From the NCBI GenBank assembly GCA_043228905.1, contig JBHGNT010000001.1:124001-188000 (forward strand): DNA of 64,000 nucleotides, given 5' to 3'. Shown here piece by piece: positions 52,172 to 63,770 of the stretch (its first letter is position 1; each line of letters begins with the position of its first letter). The translations under genes were made by a program, and so were the position numbers. The notes beneath the pieces were generated by a model. That model had not been told where the DNA came from. It ran no database searches and saw only the letters and a list, made by a program, of their open reading frames with translations. Source of the stretch: Azolla caroliniana. Taxonomy: Eukaryota; Plantae; Polypodiophyta.

Positions 52172-53021
52172 TGTCGTGCCTTTCGGCTCCGGATCGTTGC
52201 GTGAGTCGGGTGGGAACCACAGAGGTCTTGGACTAGGAGAAAGAAGTTCGTGAGATAGAGATTAATTATGAGTAAATAGCAAAGAGAAAGATAAGAAACT
52301 CGTGAATCACACGAGTATACTATATTAATTGGTACTTAGGGTGTTAAGAGAGAAGTAGATGTATAAATCGTGAATCCCACGAATAAATTTTGTATTGATT
52401 AATACTTAATCCAAATAATCAACAACCCTTTACATATTTCTCTCCTCCTTATATAAGGAAAGAAGAGCTAAGCATGGCTTCATGCTTTTTTATTTTTACA
52501 AAAAGTGTTCATGTCCACTAAATGTGCATGTGATGCTTTTTTATTTCCTAAGTATAGGGCTCATGCACGCTAGATGTGCATGAGTTATTTTTAGTGTCTC
52601 GTCTTTTTCATATATTAAAAAATACACGATTTACCTTTTAATAAAGGTATGCATAAATAAAGGTCTTATACGTATTAAATCTATATTTAAAGCACTTAAG
52701 ATAAGTTAATGTAATGGTAAGGTTGGGGTTTGTCAACGTGGAGGTGCAGAGTTCGAATCACGCCTTGCGCAGTAGTGAGTATTTCCTTTCTTTTTACATT
52801 TATGTCTCTTTATCCGGCTCTTCCTTGCCGGTATGCCGTTTTCTTCCTTGCCGGTATGCCGTTTTTCCTCCTTGCCGGTATGCCGTTTTTCCTCCTTGCC
52901 GGTATGCCGTTTTCCTCCTTGCCGGTATGCCGTTTTCTTCCGGTTCTCACCGAGCACTCCATTCTCTATCCGGAGGGACAAAAATATAATTTCCACATAG
53001 TGTGCAACCTACACTACGACA
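52172..53021 (-). repeat. 3' LTR (850 bp) with ~24-bp tandem array
   Basis: TGTCG..CGACA; direct repeat of 58689-59532. Confidence 0.97.
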
Positions 53022-56000
53022 CTCGCCCCCTCCAAACCCGCACATCCTCCGGTATGTGCCGAAGTTCTTGATTCTTCGTATCCGTCTTCATCCGAAGCTT
53101 CCTCCGATTCTCCCCTTATGTCGACTATGAGTTGTAATCCACTTTCTTCGCTTCCCGCATCATTGTGGTCTTCGTCCGATTGCTCCTCGTTGTCGGCCTC
53201 GACTTGGATCACATAAGGTTTGTCGTCGGTCCGCTTCTTGAAAATCTTCACCCGCTTCCCGGCTATAGGCACTCGTAGTATTGTTCCATCCAACTCGGAC
53301 AGTCGGTACGTCCCGTTGTCGAAGACCTTCCGAACCTCGTACGGCCCGAACCACCTTTTCGCGAATTTCCGCATCGTTGTATGTTGATGGTCCAAGCTAC
53401 TATCATAGACGATCACCCAATCTCCTTCTTCAATCCTCCTCGGTCGTAGTCGGTGCTTTGTGTCGAACCGGCTTTTGTTCCGGAACCGTGCTTCTTGTTG
53501 TCGGCGTGACGCTTCCGCTACATCTTTCGGTCTTCCCTCCAGTTGTCGTATCCGGACCGCTAGTAGTTCTTCCCGGCTCATCTCTTCCTTCCACGGTAGT
53601 ATTGTCCATGTCGCGATTGCGGTTTCCGTTGGCATTACCGGTGCTTGTCCGGTCATGAGTTCTGCCGGCATGTAACCGGTCACGGAGCTATGCGTCGTCC
53701 GATCCGCCCATAGTGCATACGGAAGCATTTGTGGCCAATCCTTCACCCTTCCGTCGCATGCCTTCGCAAGTGCTTTCACGATCGGACTATGTCCTCGTTC
53801 GATCTTCCCGTTGGCCTCCGGATTGTAGGCCGTTGTCAACGTTAACCGAACTCCATGTTTGGCGAAGAATCCCCTAGCTTTGTCCGAGTCGAGTTCTCCC
53901 CGGTCCGCAATCACTTGTCCTACGCAGCCGTACCTACAAAACACTTCTTCCAAAAGAAATTGGCACACCGCGGCACACGTTTTCCTCCGAAGCGCTCGAC
54001 CTTCAACTTGGTTTGTGAGATCTTCTCGAGCTAACACCAAGTATTTCTTTTGTCCAATCCCGGTCGGCATAGCTACAATGTCGACCATCCACTTGAAGTT
54101 GATTGTCGGTGAGAATGTCGGATGCAGCTCATCTCGGTGTCGGACCCCGGAGTAGACTTGACATTTCTCGCAGCTTTCTGTGAACTCCGCGACATCTTTA
54201 TACATGTTCTTCCACCAATATCTTTGCTTGATTTTCACAAAAGTTGCCCATGTTCCTCGATGTCCAGCCCAATCGGATTCGTGGAACTCGGACATTATCC
54301 GGTTTCGTTGCTCTTTCGTCCCGACTACTCGAAGTGGTATCCCATCCGGTCTTTTCAGCGTCCTCCATATTAAACCGTTTTCCAAGAAGAACTTTTGGAC
54401 TTGCCTCTTCTTCCTTCGGATCTCGGCTCTCCTTTCTTTATCATTGGTTGAATCCTCGACCTCTTGTAGCATCTTCCCGATCATCAAGGTTTCCCCCTCG
54501 TATTCTTCTTCCCGGAATTCTCGGATCACGTTCACTCGGCATATGTGTTCTGACGTGAAGTAGTCTTCGGAAACTTCTTCATTATCTGATTCGGTTATGT
54601 CGTCTTCAAACCGCGCCCTCGATAACATGTCCGCTACCGCGTTGTCCTTCCCCGAGATGTGTCGAACCTCCGGATTAAGTGACTTGACATATGCAATCCA
54701 CCTTAGCATAGCCACATCCGGTATCGTACAACACCGCATCATCCCAAGTATCGGAAGACAATCCGTCTCGATCACCACTTCAGCTCCGATCAAATAATCC
54801 CGATCCGATTTTATCGCCGACACGACTCCCCACAATTCTCTTTTGACTTGTGCATATCCGCGTTGCCTTTCGTTGAGGACCTTTGCTCCAAATCAGATCG
54901 GATACCGCGAACCATCCGAGTCGGCTTGATTGATGACCCACCCGATACCGGTTGAACTTGTATCAACCGTTACTATGATTGGCCGCTCGTAGCTTGGCTT
55001 CTTAAGTGATTCCGCCCTCCATAGTGTCTTCTTGAGCTTCCTCATGGCTTTAGTGTGTTCCGGTTTCCATTCGAATTTCTTACCTTTCCGCAACAAGTGA
55101 TAGAGCGGGTCCGCTATATGTGCATAGTGCGGAATCCATATGTGATAGAATGCACACGCACCCAGAAACCTTCGGACTTCCGATGTTGACTCACATACTT
55201 CCTTCATAGCTTGAATCGCATCGATCTTTGTTGGTGACGGTCTTCGGCCGTAGGGTCCACATAGATGTCCGACCACCAATATTTCTTCTTGCCCGAATGC
55301 CGATTTCTCCCCGGAAAGTGTTAGGTGCACATCTTCTAGCTTTCGCAACACTTTCTCGCAATCATGAATATGGTCGACCACGAACTTTCGGCATCCCCGA
55401 TCATCCATAGTCTCATCTTTTTCTTCCACCGCGCATCCTTTCATCGGAATGTCATCTAGAAACGGCATCGTTATCTCCGGGATGCAATCTCGAAGCACCT
55501 TGTTCATCGCGTTCATCATATGTGCAACCGAGTTTGTCGCTCCTTGTGGTAGTGTGCACATTCGAACTAGTCCTATCGGTGTCCGCATGGTAGTGATGTC
55601 TCGGCTCTCCACGGCTAGTTGGAATTGGTCATACCCCGAGTATAGGTCCCCGATGGAGTATATCGCACGTCCGGCAAAAGCTTCCGCGAATTCGTCCACT
55701 ATCGGACCGACTCCCGAGTTCCGGATCGTGACCTTGTTCACCGGTTGCAAGTCTTGGATGAATCGGAGTGACCCATTCTTCTTCGGAACCGTAAACCATC
55801 GATTTGAGTACGGAGCACTTGATGGCTCTAGAATCCCCATCGCCACCTTCTCCTTGAGCAAGTCGATGACTTTCGGAATATGCGCCCGTGGCACCGGAAT
55901 CGGCTTCAGGTTCCACGGTACATGATCGATCGTGAAAATCACCATCGGCTCCACTATCTTTGGATCAATGCATCCGATCTCCCTCGATGTGAACGCGAAT

Positions 56001-56620
56001 GCTTTGCCGTGTTGCTCCAACATCTCTCGAAACCGTTTTTCTTCTTCTTGTAAGAGGAACCCACCTCCACCGATCCGAAGTTTCTTCCGGGTCTCATCTG
56101 TGAAGGCATGTCCGATATCCACGGACTCCCGAAGTGTCGGATCTCCCGAGACTTCTTTCTTCTTTTGTTCGCTATCGGCGGGTAGTGGTCCCGCGGCCGG
56201 TTTCACCTTCTTCTCCACGGTCTTGTATTTCGTACTTACCATTGCTTCTTCTTTGCGGAGCGCATCCGGCCCCATTTTCGCAACGATCTCGTACATCTCG
56301 ACCGATTCCACCGGGACTACCCGGTTCCCTTGGCTTTTATCTTCCGCAAGCTCTTCAAGCCGTTGTAGTGTATTCCCATAGAACACTTCCTCGATCACTC
56401 CCACGATTTCTTCGTCTTCTTTTATTATTGATGCCGACCGTAACTTATCCTCCACTTGTCGGTATTGTTTCTTCATTCCTCCGGTTACGGCCGTGTACGT
56501 AGATGCCCCATCCGGGCCGATTCGTACTTGTTTTGCTCCGAGAGTTTTCTTCCTGTGTGGGGTATCAGGGCTTCTCGGACTATCACTTCCCCACTCCGCA
56601 ACTGTCCGCTTTAAAAATCC
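53009..56620 (-). pseudogene. pol (RT-RNase H-integrase), one in-frame TGA at 54895-54893
   Basis: LRFIQDLQPVN, DLYSGYDQ, LPQGATNS, FLDD, VDTS, ETDC, HHCC zinc finger, DIV/DRG/NGKIER, GPY motif; ORFs 56476-54893 and 54835-53009 share one frame. Confidence 0.95.
53022..53033 (-). other. Polypurine tract
   Basis: rc GGAGGGGGCGAG adjacent to the 3' LTR. Confidence 0.85.
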
Positions 56621-58650
56621 ATTCTCACTTGGGACAAGAGTTCCCTCTTGTTCCTTTCGTGATTTGCCGGCACCGTTAGGAATTGGACGGATTTCCCTCC
56701 GTTTTGGCTCCGAATTCGCGCAAAAGCCGCACCACTATCGAGCACCTTCGTCTCCATCCGTGAAGCCGTGATAAAGGGTTGGCCGAGGATGACAGAATGT
56801 GAAACCTCATCCTGCACAAAGAAATTTTGGTCAATTTCGACATCCCCGATCTTTACCGTCACATCCGGACAAGCCGCAAATAGGTCTTCTGTCGTTTTCG
56901 TGGCTGCCCGAATCTTCCATCCATGGTTGGTGTTTATAGGCCACTTCCCCTTTCGGTAGAACTCCTTGGACATCAAGTTGATCTCCGATCCGTGATCAAT
57001 CAATGCTAGCACGGGTTCTTTGATGTTGCCGATTCGGACCGGAGTCTCCGTAGTCGCACGTGCCCAGTGTGGCCTTGTATAGTGGGAGTTCGGAATTTCG
57101 CCTTCCACTTCGGTGTCGTTCATTGAAACGGTATTTGCATTCACCCTTGGAGCATTTTCCTCCGTACTTTGTCTCTTCCTTTTCACGAGATCCACGAGAA
57201 GATCGTGAAACTCCTTCTTTGCTATTCCGAGTAGTTCCCGCAGCGAAAAATCTACCCGGCTATCCAAGATTCTTTCCTCGAACACTCTTTTCAAGTCGGT
57301 TTGTTGTTCTATGTCCGAGGCGAGCTTGAATGCCGGAGTCGCCTTTTCTTTTCCCTTACCTCCGGAGTTCCAGCTTTCCGGTATCTTCGATGGTCCGGCC
57401 GCATCCTCCGTGCGCCGTCGTTTCTCGTCCACATACACCTCATGTAATTGACACAGGGCATATATGCTATTCTTGTCGACAGGACACTCCCATCCCGTAG
57501 CTTCCCGGACGCCTTCCGCGGTGTTTCGGATATCGTTGGAGTCGGTTTTCTCGGTGTTTCCTAGCACCTCCGGCCAGAAAGACGCCTTCGCTCCCGATGA
57601 CTCCCCGACACATATTCCCGCGGTTGTCGCATAGTTGCTTCTTGCCGCTAACTCCTCCTCGAGCACCTTCTTCATGCCGCCTTTCCGGAAGTTCGGTCGG
57701 AGTGGCTTCCGAGAGTCCATCGAATGAATCCGGTTTCCCTCGTAGTAGATGAGATCCCGTCGTAGCGCCTCCTTATGGTCGTCGCAATCCCTCCGATCGT
57801 GTTCGGCGCTATCGCACCATATGCACCGTCGATCCGTATATTTGGAGCTTGTGGGGCGGTCATCCGACTTCTTCACCATCGCGATCTTTAGATTCTCCAT
57901 CTCCTTCAGCAGCTGCTCCACCGTAGACGCGTCGACTCCCTTCTCGGCCGTAATCTCCCGAGCCCTCGGTTGATGGTCTTCCAGTCCCGTTCTCGGTTTC
58001 GGAATCGGTTCCGAAACCCTCTTTTCTTCGTTGGCAAGCCATTGCCCCCTCTTCGTGTACCGCGCGACGATATCCCGCACGCTTTCCCATGTCTCGGTGA
58101 GGCCGCTTTCGGTGGTCTTGTCCTCAAGAAGCACTCCGATATCTTTCCGGTCCCGGACGTCCACAGCTCGCAAAAACATGATGACTTTGTCCGGTGCAAG
58201 AATAGTTTGATCTCTCGCGGACAACCTCCCGAACCGACTTTCGAATGTCGAAAACACTTCGAGGACCTTCAGCCCCTTACCTGACGTTTCCACCCAATCC
58301 TCGAATCCCCTCCGCGTTGCCTTGGAGGAGTCCTCGATGGCAAACGTGGTCTTTAACGCCTCTTCGAATGCTTCCCACGTCGGATTTTGTTGTTGCAACC
58401 CGTGGATACTACCTTGAAGCCCGTCGGTCGCCACCCGGTTAAAGGATGTCACTTGCAGTCCTTCCGAAGCCCGGCACCGGAGCATCTCCGCCTTGTAGTC
58501 CTGCAAATATCGCGACACATCCTTACCATTAAATTGCCCGTTGCGTTGCACGAGCCGCTCTACTGATGCCGAAATCTCCGACATCGTGCGTTGTTCTTGA
58601 AGCATCCGTTCGAACATCGCCATCATATTGTTAGCTTGTTGAGCCTCCAT
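56611..58650 (-). CDS. Gag-protease polyprotein
   Basis: First ATG after the PBS at 58650; CIWCDSAEHDRRDC knuckle; ALIDHGSEINLM and ILGQPF protease motifs. Confidence 0.92.
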   Translation of the reverse strand: MEAQQANNMMAMFERMLQEQRTMSEISASVERLVQRNGQFNGKDVSRYLQDYKAEMLRCRASEGLQVTSFNRVATDGLQGSIHGLQQQNPTWEAFEEALKTTFAIEDSSKATRRGFEDWVETSGKGLKVLEVFSTFESRFGRLSARDQTILAPDKVIMFLRAVDVRDRKDIGVLLEDKTTESGLTETWESVRDIVARYTKRGQWLANEEKRVSEPIPKPRTGLEDHQPRAREITAEKGVDASTVEQLLKEMENLKIAMVKKSDDRPTSSKYTDRRCIWCDSAEHDRRDCDDHKEALRRDLIYYEGNRIHSMDSRKPLRPNFRKGGMKKVLEEELAARSNYATTAGICVGESSGAKASFWPEVLGNTEKTDSNDIRNTAEGVREATGWECPVDKNSIYALCQLHEVYVDEKRRRTEDAAGPSKIPESWNSGGKGKEKATPAFKLASDIEQQTDLKRVFEERILDSRVDFSLRELLGIAKKEFHDLLVDLVKRKRQSTEENAPRVNANTVSMNDTEVEGEIPNSHYTRPHWARATTETPVRIGNIKEPVLALIDHGSEINLMSKEFYRKGKWPINTNHGWKIRAATKTTEDLFAACPDVTVKIGDVEIDQNFFVQDEVSHSVILGQPFITASRMETKVLDSGAAFARIRSQNGGKSVQFLTVPANHERNKRELLSQVRMDF

Positions 58651-58666
58651 CTCCTTGCCACCCGTC

Positions 58667-58684
58667 TTCACGTCGGGTTCACCA
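58667..58684 (-). other. Primer-binding site complementary to tRNA-Trp
   Basis: TGGTGAACCCGACGTGAA is the complement of the plant cytosolic tRNA-Trp 3' end TTCACGTCGGGTTCACCA (recalled, not searched). Confidence 0.85.
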
Positions 58685-58688
58685 ACTG

Positions 58689-59532
58689 TGTCGTGCCTTT
58701 CGGCTCCGGATCGTTGCGTGAGTCGGGTGGGAACCACAGAGGTCTTGGACTAGGAGAAAGAAGTTCGTGAGATAGAGATTAATTATGAGTAAATAGCAAA
58801 GAGAAAGATAAGAAACTCGTGAATCACACGAGTATACTATATTAATTGGTACTTAGGGTGTTAAGAGAGAAGTAGATGTATAAATCGTGAATCCCACGAA
58901 TAAATTTTGTATTGATTAATACTTAATCCAAATAATCAACAACCCTTTACATATTTCTCTCCTCCTTATATAAGGAAAGAAGAGCTAAGCATGGCTTCAT
59001 GCTTTTTTATTTTTACAAAAAGTGTTCATGTCCACTAAATGTGCATGTGATGCTTTTTTATTTCCTAAGTATAGGGCTCATGCACGCTAGATGTGCATGA
59101 GTTATTTTTAGTGTCTCGTCTTTTTCATATATTAAAAAATACACGATTTACCTTTTAATAAAGGTATGCATAAATAAAGGTCTTATACGTATTAAATCTA
59201 TATTTAAAGCACTTAAGATAAGTTAATGCAATGGTAAGGTTGGGGTTTGTCAACGTGGAGGTGCAGAGTTCGAATCACGCCCTGCGCAGTAGTGAGTATT
59301 TCCTTTCTTTTTACATTTATGTCTCTTTATCCGGCTCTTCCTTGCCGGTATGCCGTTTTTCCTCCTTGCCGGTATGCCGTTTTTCCTCCTTGCCGTTTTT
59401 CCTCCTTGCCGGTATGCCGTTTTTCCTCCTTGCCGGTATGCCGTTTTCTTCCGGTTCTCACCGAGCACTCCATTCTCTATCCGGAGGGACAAAAATATAA
59501 TTTCCACATAGTGTGCAACCTACACTACGACA
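58689..59532 (-). repeat. 5' LTR (844 bp)
   Basis: Direct repeat of 52172-53021. Confidence 0.97.
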
Positions 59533-60221
59533 GCGCCGAAGAGTAGTCAAGTCGGGACAGAGAATCCCATGTAAGTCGGGATTTATCCCACATTGTAACG
59601 CATCTCCCTCCTTGTTCTATAAAAGGAAGGGAGCGCCTCTTGTGAAGGGGTTGCCCATTTTTGCATTCGTAGGGTATACCGTTAGAGGAAGAAACATTCT
59701 CTCTTCCTCTTTCTTTCCCCTTGTTTACGGTTTCGTTTCTTTTCTTTGCTTCTTCCTCTTCGTTGTTTTGAGTATTGAGCCTTGGCATCTCGTGTCCCTG
59801 TTTTTTGCCTGTTCTCTGTGCAAGACCCCGCTCGGCACGACAAGCCCGAGAGCTCCCCCCGACTGGTGGCTTGGCAGTAGACGACTGTTGTAACCTGATC
59901 TACTTAGGTTGGGTTCGATACCAGTATTGTATCTTAGTCTTGTAATATATGCATGGAGGGTTCTACGCACCGGTGTTTGTGTGGGTGTTTTGGTTTTCTC
60001 TTACCTCCGTTTTTGTACATAAGGGCGTGAGTTGGGTCGGCGTGGTGTGTGTGTGTGTGGGTGTGAGTCGGCGCCAAGCGCGTGCTCTCTCTCTTTCTCT
60101 CTCCCGTTCGGTTGCTTCCGTAATGCATCCGAAATCGTCTTCTCGGCTTCCCTTCTTCCCTCGTCCGAGACCCCCGTGGTCCCGCCCTTCTACACGCACG
60201 CGCGAAACTTCGCGACATCTT

Positions 60222-60239
60222 TGGTGAACCCGACGTGAA
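60222..60239 (+). other. Primer-binding site (tRNA-Trp)
   Basis: Identical 18-mer to 58684-58667, 4 nt after the LTR end. Confidence 0.85.
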
Positions 60240-60254
60240 GGGCAACAAGGGAGA

Positions 60255-61103
60255 ATGGAGTCGGAAGATGATGACCTCACGGAGATGGTGGCCGAAGTGG
60301 TGTTGGAGTCTGCACAAGTGGTGATGAGGCGAGAAGCAGCGCAACAAGCGGTTGAGCGAGTGGTCGAAAGAGTCGGTCGTTTCAACGGGGACAAGGTCCC
60401 ATTCTACTTGGAAGCCTACAACGCGGAAATGGAAGTGCGTGGCATAGACAAGGCGTTGAGGCTAGAGTTCTTCTGTCGGGTCGTAGCTGTCCGGATGCAT
60501 GCGGAAGTAAAGGAGCTCAATGAGGCTCATAGTTCGTGGGAGGCCTTCGAAGAGGCGCTCCTGAAGGCATACAGAGGGCGGCCGAAAGGCCGGGGAAGGC
60601 GTGACTTCGACCAATGGATATCGTCGGCAAAGACCTACTGGGGCGCAATGAAGGCGTTCCGAGAGTACGAGCGGCGGCTTGCTCGGCTCCCGGAGCGGGA
60701 ACAAGGTTTGGTGGGGACGGACAAAGTCCTGTTGTTCATTAAGTCGATCGACCGAGCGGAACGGGAGGCCATCGGGATTGAGCTCGAAGACGAGGACGGA
60801 GCGAATGGCCTCACCGAGGACTGGTCGAAGGTCGGAAGGGTGTGCCAACGGCTAGATGACGAGAGAGCCGAGAAGGCTAAGAGGAAGGCGCGCGACGACG
60901 TGCCATCACAGCGGGAAGAGGCCGAACGGCAAAGAGAGTCAGCAAGGGTCGGCGTTGGGGCCAGGATTGCGGAGGCATATGCAGCTCTCGAGGCAATGCT
61001 CGAGGAAGAGGAAAGATCGAGGCTGCAAGCCGAAACCGAGGAGACGGACTTGCCCCACGTAATGGCGGAAGACCGGTACCACGGGAGAGGGTGTGGAACA
61101 TAA
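60255..61103 (+). CDS. Gag capsid-like ORF without knuckle or protease
   Basis: VERVVERVGRFNGDKVPFYLEAYNAEM..DKVLLFIKSID..GLTEDW aligns with VERLVQRNGQFNGKDVSRYLQDYKAEM..DKVIMFLRAVD..GLTETW. Confidence 0.85.
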   Translation: MESEDDDLTEMVAEVVLESAQVVMRREAAQQAVERVVERVGRFNGDKVPFYLEAYNAEMEVRGIDKALRLEFFCRVVAVRMHAEVKELNEAHSSWEAFEEALLKAYRGRPKGRGRRDFDQWISSAKTYWGAMKAFREYERRLARLPEREQGLVGTDKVLLFIKSIDRAEREAIGIELEDEDGANGLTEDWSKVGRVCQRLDDERAEKAKRKARDDVPSQREEAERQRESARVGVGARIAEAYAALEAMLEEEERSRLQAETEETDLPHVMAEDRYHGRGCGT

Positions 61104-61159
61104 CGTCCTCTCGACTTGCGGAGAATTGTCGACCGAGGACAAGGTCGAGAGCGGAGAAG

Positions 61160-63770
61160 AGCCCTCCACGCGGATTCTGGAGACTCCGGTGGTCGAGCCC
61201 GTGTGCCGACATGAGATCGGAGAGAAGGAAGGCGCCGACGAGGAGTCTTGGCAAGATGCCAACGAAGAGGGATGGGAAACGGCCTGCGAGGAGGCCAAGG
61301 ACGGAGGCGGCACGGAAAGATCGGCATTCCGATTCGAATGGAGCATGATCCGGATGTGGATGACTCGACCGAAACCGGCCCAAGGCGCGAAAGACCAGGG
61401 ATGGGTTATAGAGCCCGATCGGTAGGGCTCGTTTCGGTACAATAGTGCCAACGCGGAAGAGGGTGCGAAACAAATCACCCTCTTTTACATGAGGACACAA
61501 GCCGGCCAGGCGAAGGCCACAGATCGAGAAGCTAGCGATCGAGGTTGCGGAGACAGACCGGCAGGTTTCGGACACCGCTGCCCGAAACTCCGGACATTGG
61601 AGAATCAAGTGCAGGCGGCACTTGATCGATCGAAGTCTAGATGCTTCTCATCGAATGTGCTTGGGGAGCGGTACCCCGAACGAGCGTTTGCAAATCATTA
61701 TGGGATGGAAACACCACGTCTTATCCGGAGACTCAGGCAATCAGCAACGAGCGCCGGTGTGAGACCTGGAGAGATGGGAGATGGAGGCGGGTACGCGAGA
61801 AGGAGAGCAACGATGGGTTCAGGAGAAGTACAAAGGATGAAGAGGAGAACGAAGACTGGTCCTACAGAGATCCTGACACCGATATGGTTGTCGGCCTGAG
61901 TGTCGGCGTGAGTCCTATAGGAGAGATCGGTGGCGATAGGAGAACGGGACCCAACAATCCAGAGAATGACGAACGAGAACTGGGCGGAGCAGACTTCCGG
62001 ATAACCATTCCGGGAGGGAGGAAGAGGAGGCCTACGAAGAGGCCGGGAACACGGTATGTCAGCACCATGGGAGAGGGTGTGGAGCGAGCCACCCTCTTGG
62101 CTTGCGAAAGAAGACCCAGGATAAGGGTAAGAGATACAACGAGCCCGAGGAGGATCCTTCACACCGGTTCTAGAGACGCCGGTAGTCGGCTCGAGAGTCG
62201 GCGTGAGCCCTAGAGTGATGATCGGTGGCAGCGAGGGGACGAAGGCAAAGAACTGCGGATGGGAGGTTTGCGAAGATCCTCACACCGATCCGGCTGTCAG
62301 CCCGAGTGCCGACGTGAGTCCTATAGGAAAGGACGGTGGCGGCACGTGAACGTGACCAGCCGAAGAGGCTGATGTGGAGGACGGAGGAGACAAGCGTCAG
62401 TGCCGCGACCTTACACACACCGGCCCTAGAGGCTCCGATGGTTGGCCCGAGTGCCGGTGTGAGGCCTAGAGCGACGGGCGGTGGCAGCGGCAAGGCGGGC
62501 AAACCGAGGTCCCACGAAGATCCTCACACTGATCCGGCGGTCGGCCTGAGAGCCGGCGTGAGTCCTATAGGAAAGGACGGTGGTGGCAGGTGAACGGCAA
62601 GGAGGTATGAGGCCGGCAAGGCGGCTACAGACCATCTCAGATCTTCCAGCAAGGTCAGTGGGCATAAGGAAGTCCGGTCCTACGAGATCCCCACACCGAA
62701 CTAGAGACTCCGGCAGTTCGGCCAACATGGCAACATGAGACCGAGAGAGAAGGTTGGTGGCGGTGGGAAACGGGACCCGGCAACACGAAGGCTACGTGGA
62801 AGACACGAGGAGAGTCGCGAAGGACTCCGATAGAAGACACCTGAATTTCGGCAAGCAGAGAAACGGAGTCCGGTCCTATGGGACCCTCACACTGATCCGG
62901 AGACTCCGGCAGCCGGCTAACGGGAGTCGGTGTGAGACCTAGGGAGAAGGACGGTGGCGGCAGGGAACGGGACTCGGCGACACGAGATAGCAGATCGGGA
63001 GTCGGTAAAACGGGGGCGGATGGAGTGTGAAACCCTTACTGGCCAGTTATGGTTTCGAAAGGAGTCGGTAGGGGCAAACACGGGGAGGTGTGTCGGGCCG
63101 GAAAGGCACACCTAGGGAGGAACAAGAGTCTCGCAAGTGGCCATCGCGGGCCGGATCGAAGCGTGACTATGGGACGGTGTTCGGCATGGGCGGTGCCGAA
63201 CAAAGGAAGCGGAAGACGGCACAAGGGAGGTGCCGGGAACGAGGTGACGAGTGCATAGTGGACTGCACAGGGTCGGAGTCAGGGGATGACAAGGGAGTTC
63301 GGAGGAGGATCCTCCACACTTGCTTCATATATCTCGGCAGCTAAGTCAGAGTAGCGAAGACTGACACGACAAGCCCGGGATGACAAGTTGGTGGGGGCGA
63401 GGGGAAGATGGCAAGCGCAAGACTCAGGACCTGTTGCAGTAGCGCAAAATGGGAAGGGCCAAGCGGGCTACTACGGGGTGTTCCTCGGATGCGGAGGACA
63501 CCAGTATGCGGATGAGCGGCGATGCACGATCTAGCCGGGAAAGGGGCCGACAAGGGAACCAGAGTGCGACACAGGCAGTGCCAAACAACAGACGAGGGAA
63601 TGCGGCACACGGAGGTGCCGGAGCGAAAAGGCGAGCGCGAAGATGGGTTGCACGGTTCGGAGGTAGCGCGTAGAAGGCCAAAGAAGGATCCTCCACACCG
63701 TTCCGGAGACCATGGCGGTTCGAGCCGACGTGGCGACGTAAGACCATGGAGAAGGAAGGTGGCGGTGAGA
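61160..63770 (+). repeat. Dispersed array of ~11 GC-rich 70-80-nt units
   Basis: GATCCTCACAC(C/T)G..CGG(C/T)GTGAG..GGACGGTGGC near 61160, 61706, 61866, 62150, 62272, 62407, 62516, 62683, 62880, 63305, 63684. Confidence 0.8.

Larger units (their letters stand above)
52172..59532 (-). mobile_element. Near-intact Ty3/gypsy retrotransposon (7.36 kb), no chromodomain
   Basis: Two near-identical LTRs, PBS, PPT, gag-PR-RT-RH-IN order, 4-bp TSD GCGC (52168-52171, 59533-59536). Confidence 0.97.

Noticed and set aside
53281-58442. + strand ORFs over the gypsy interior
   Set aside because: Antisense shadows of gag/pol
62516-62590. Hammerhead ribozyme (retrozyme) in the repeat unit TGAGTCC..GGACG
   Set aside because: A stem-II-like pairing exists, but the catalytic CUGANGA and GAAA boxes are absent (CGGCGUGA and GGUG instead)
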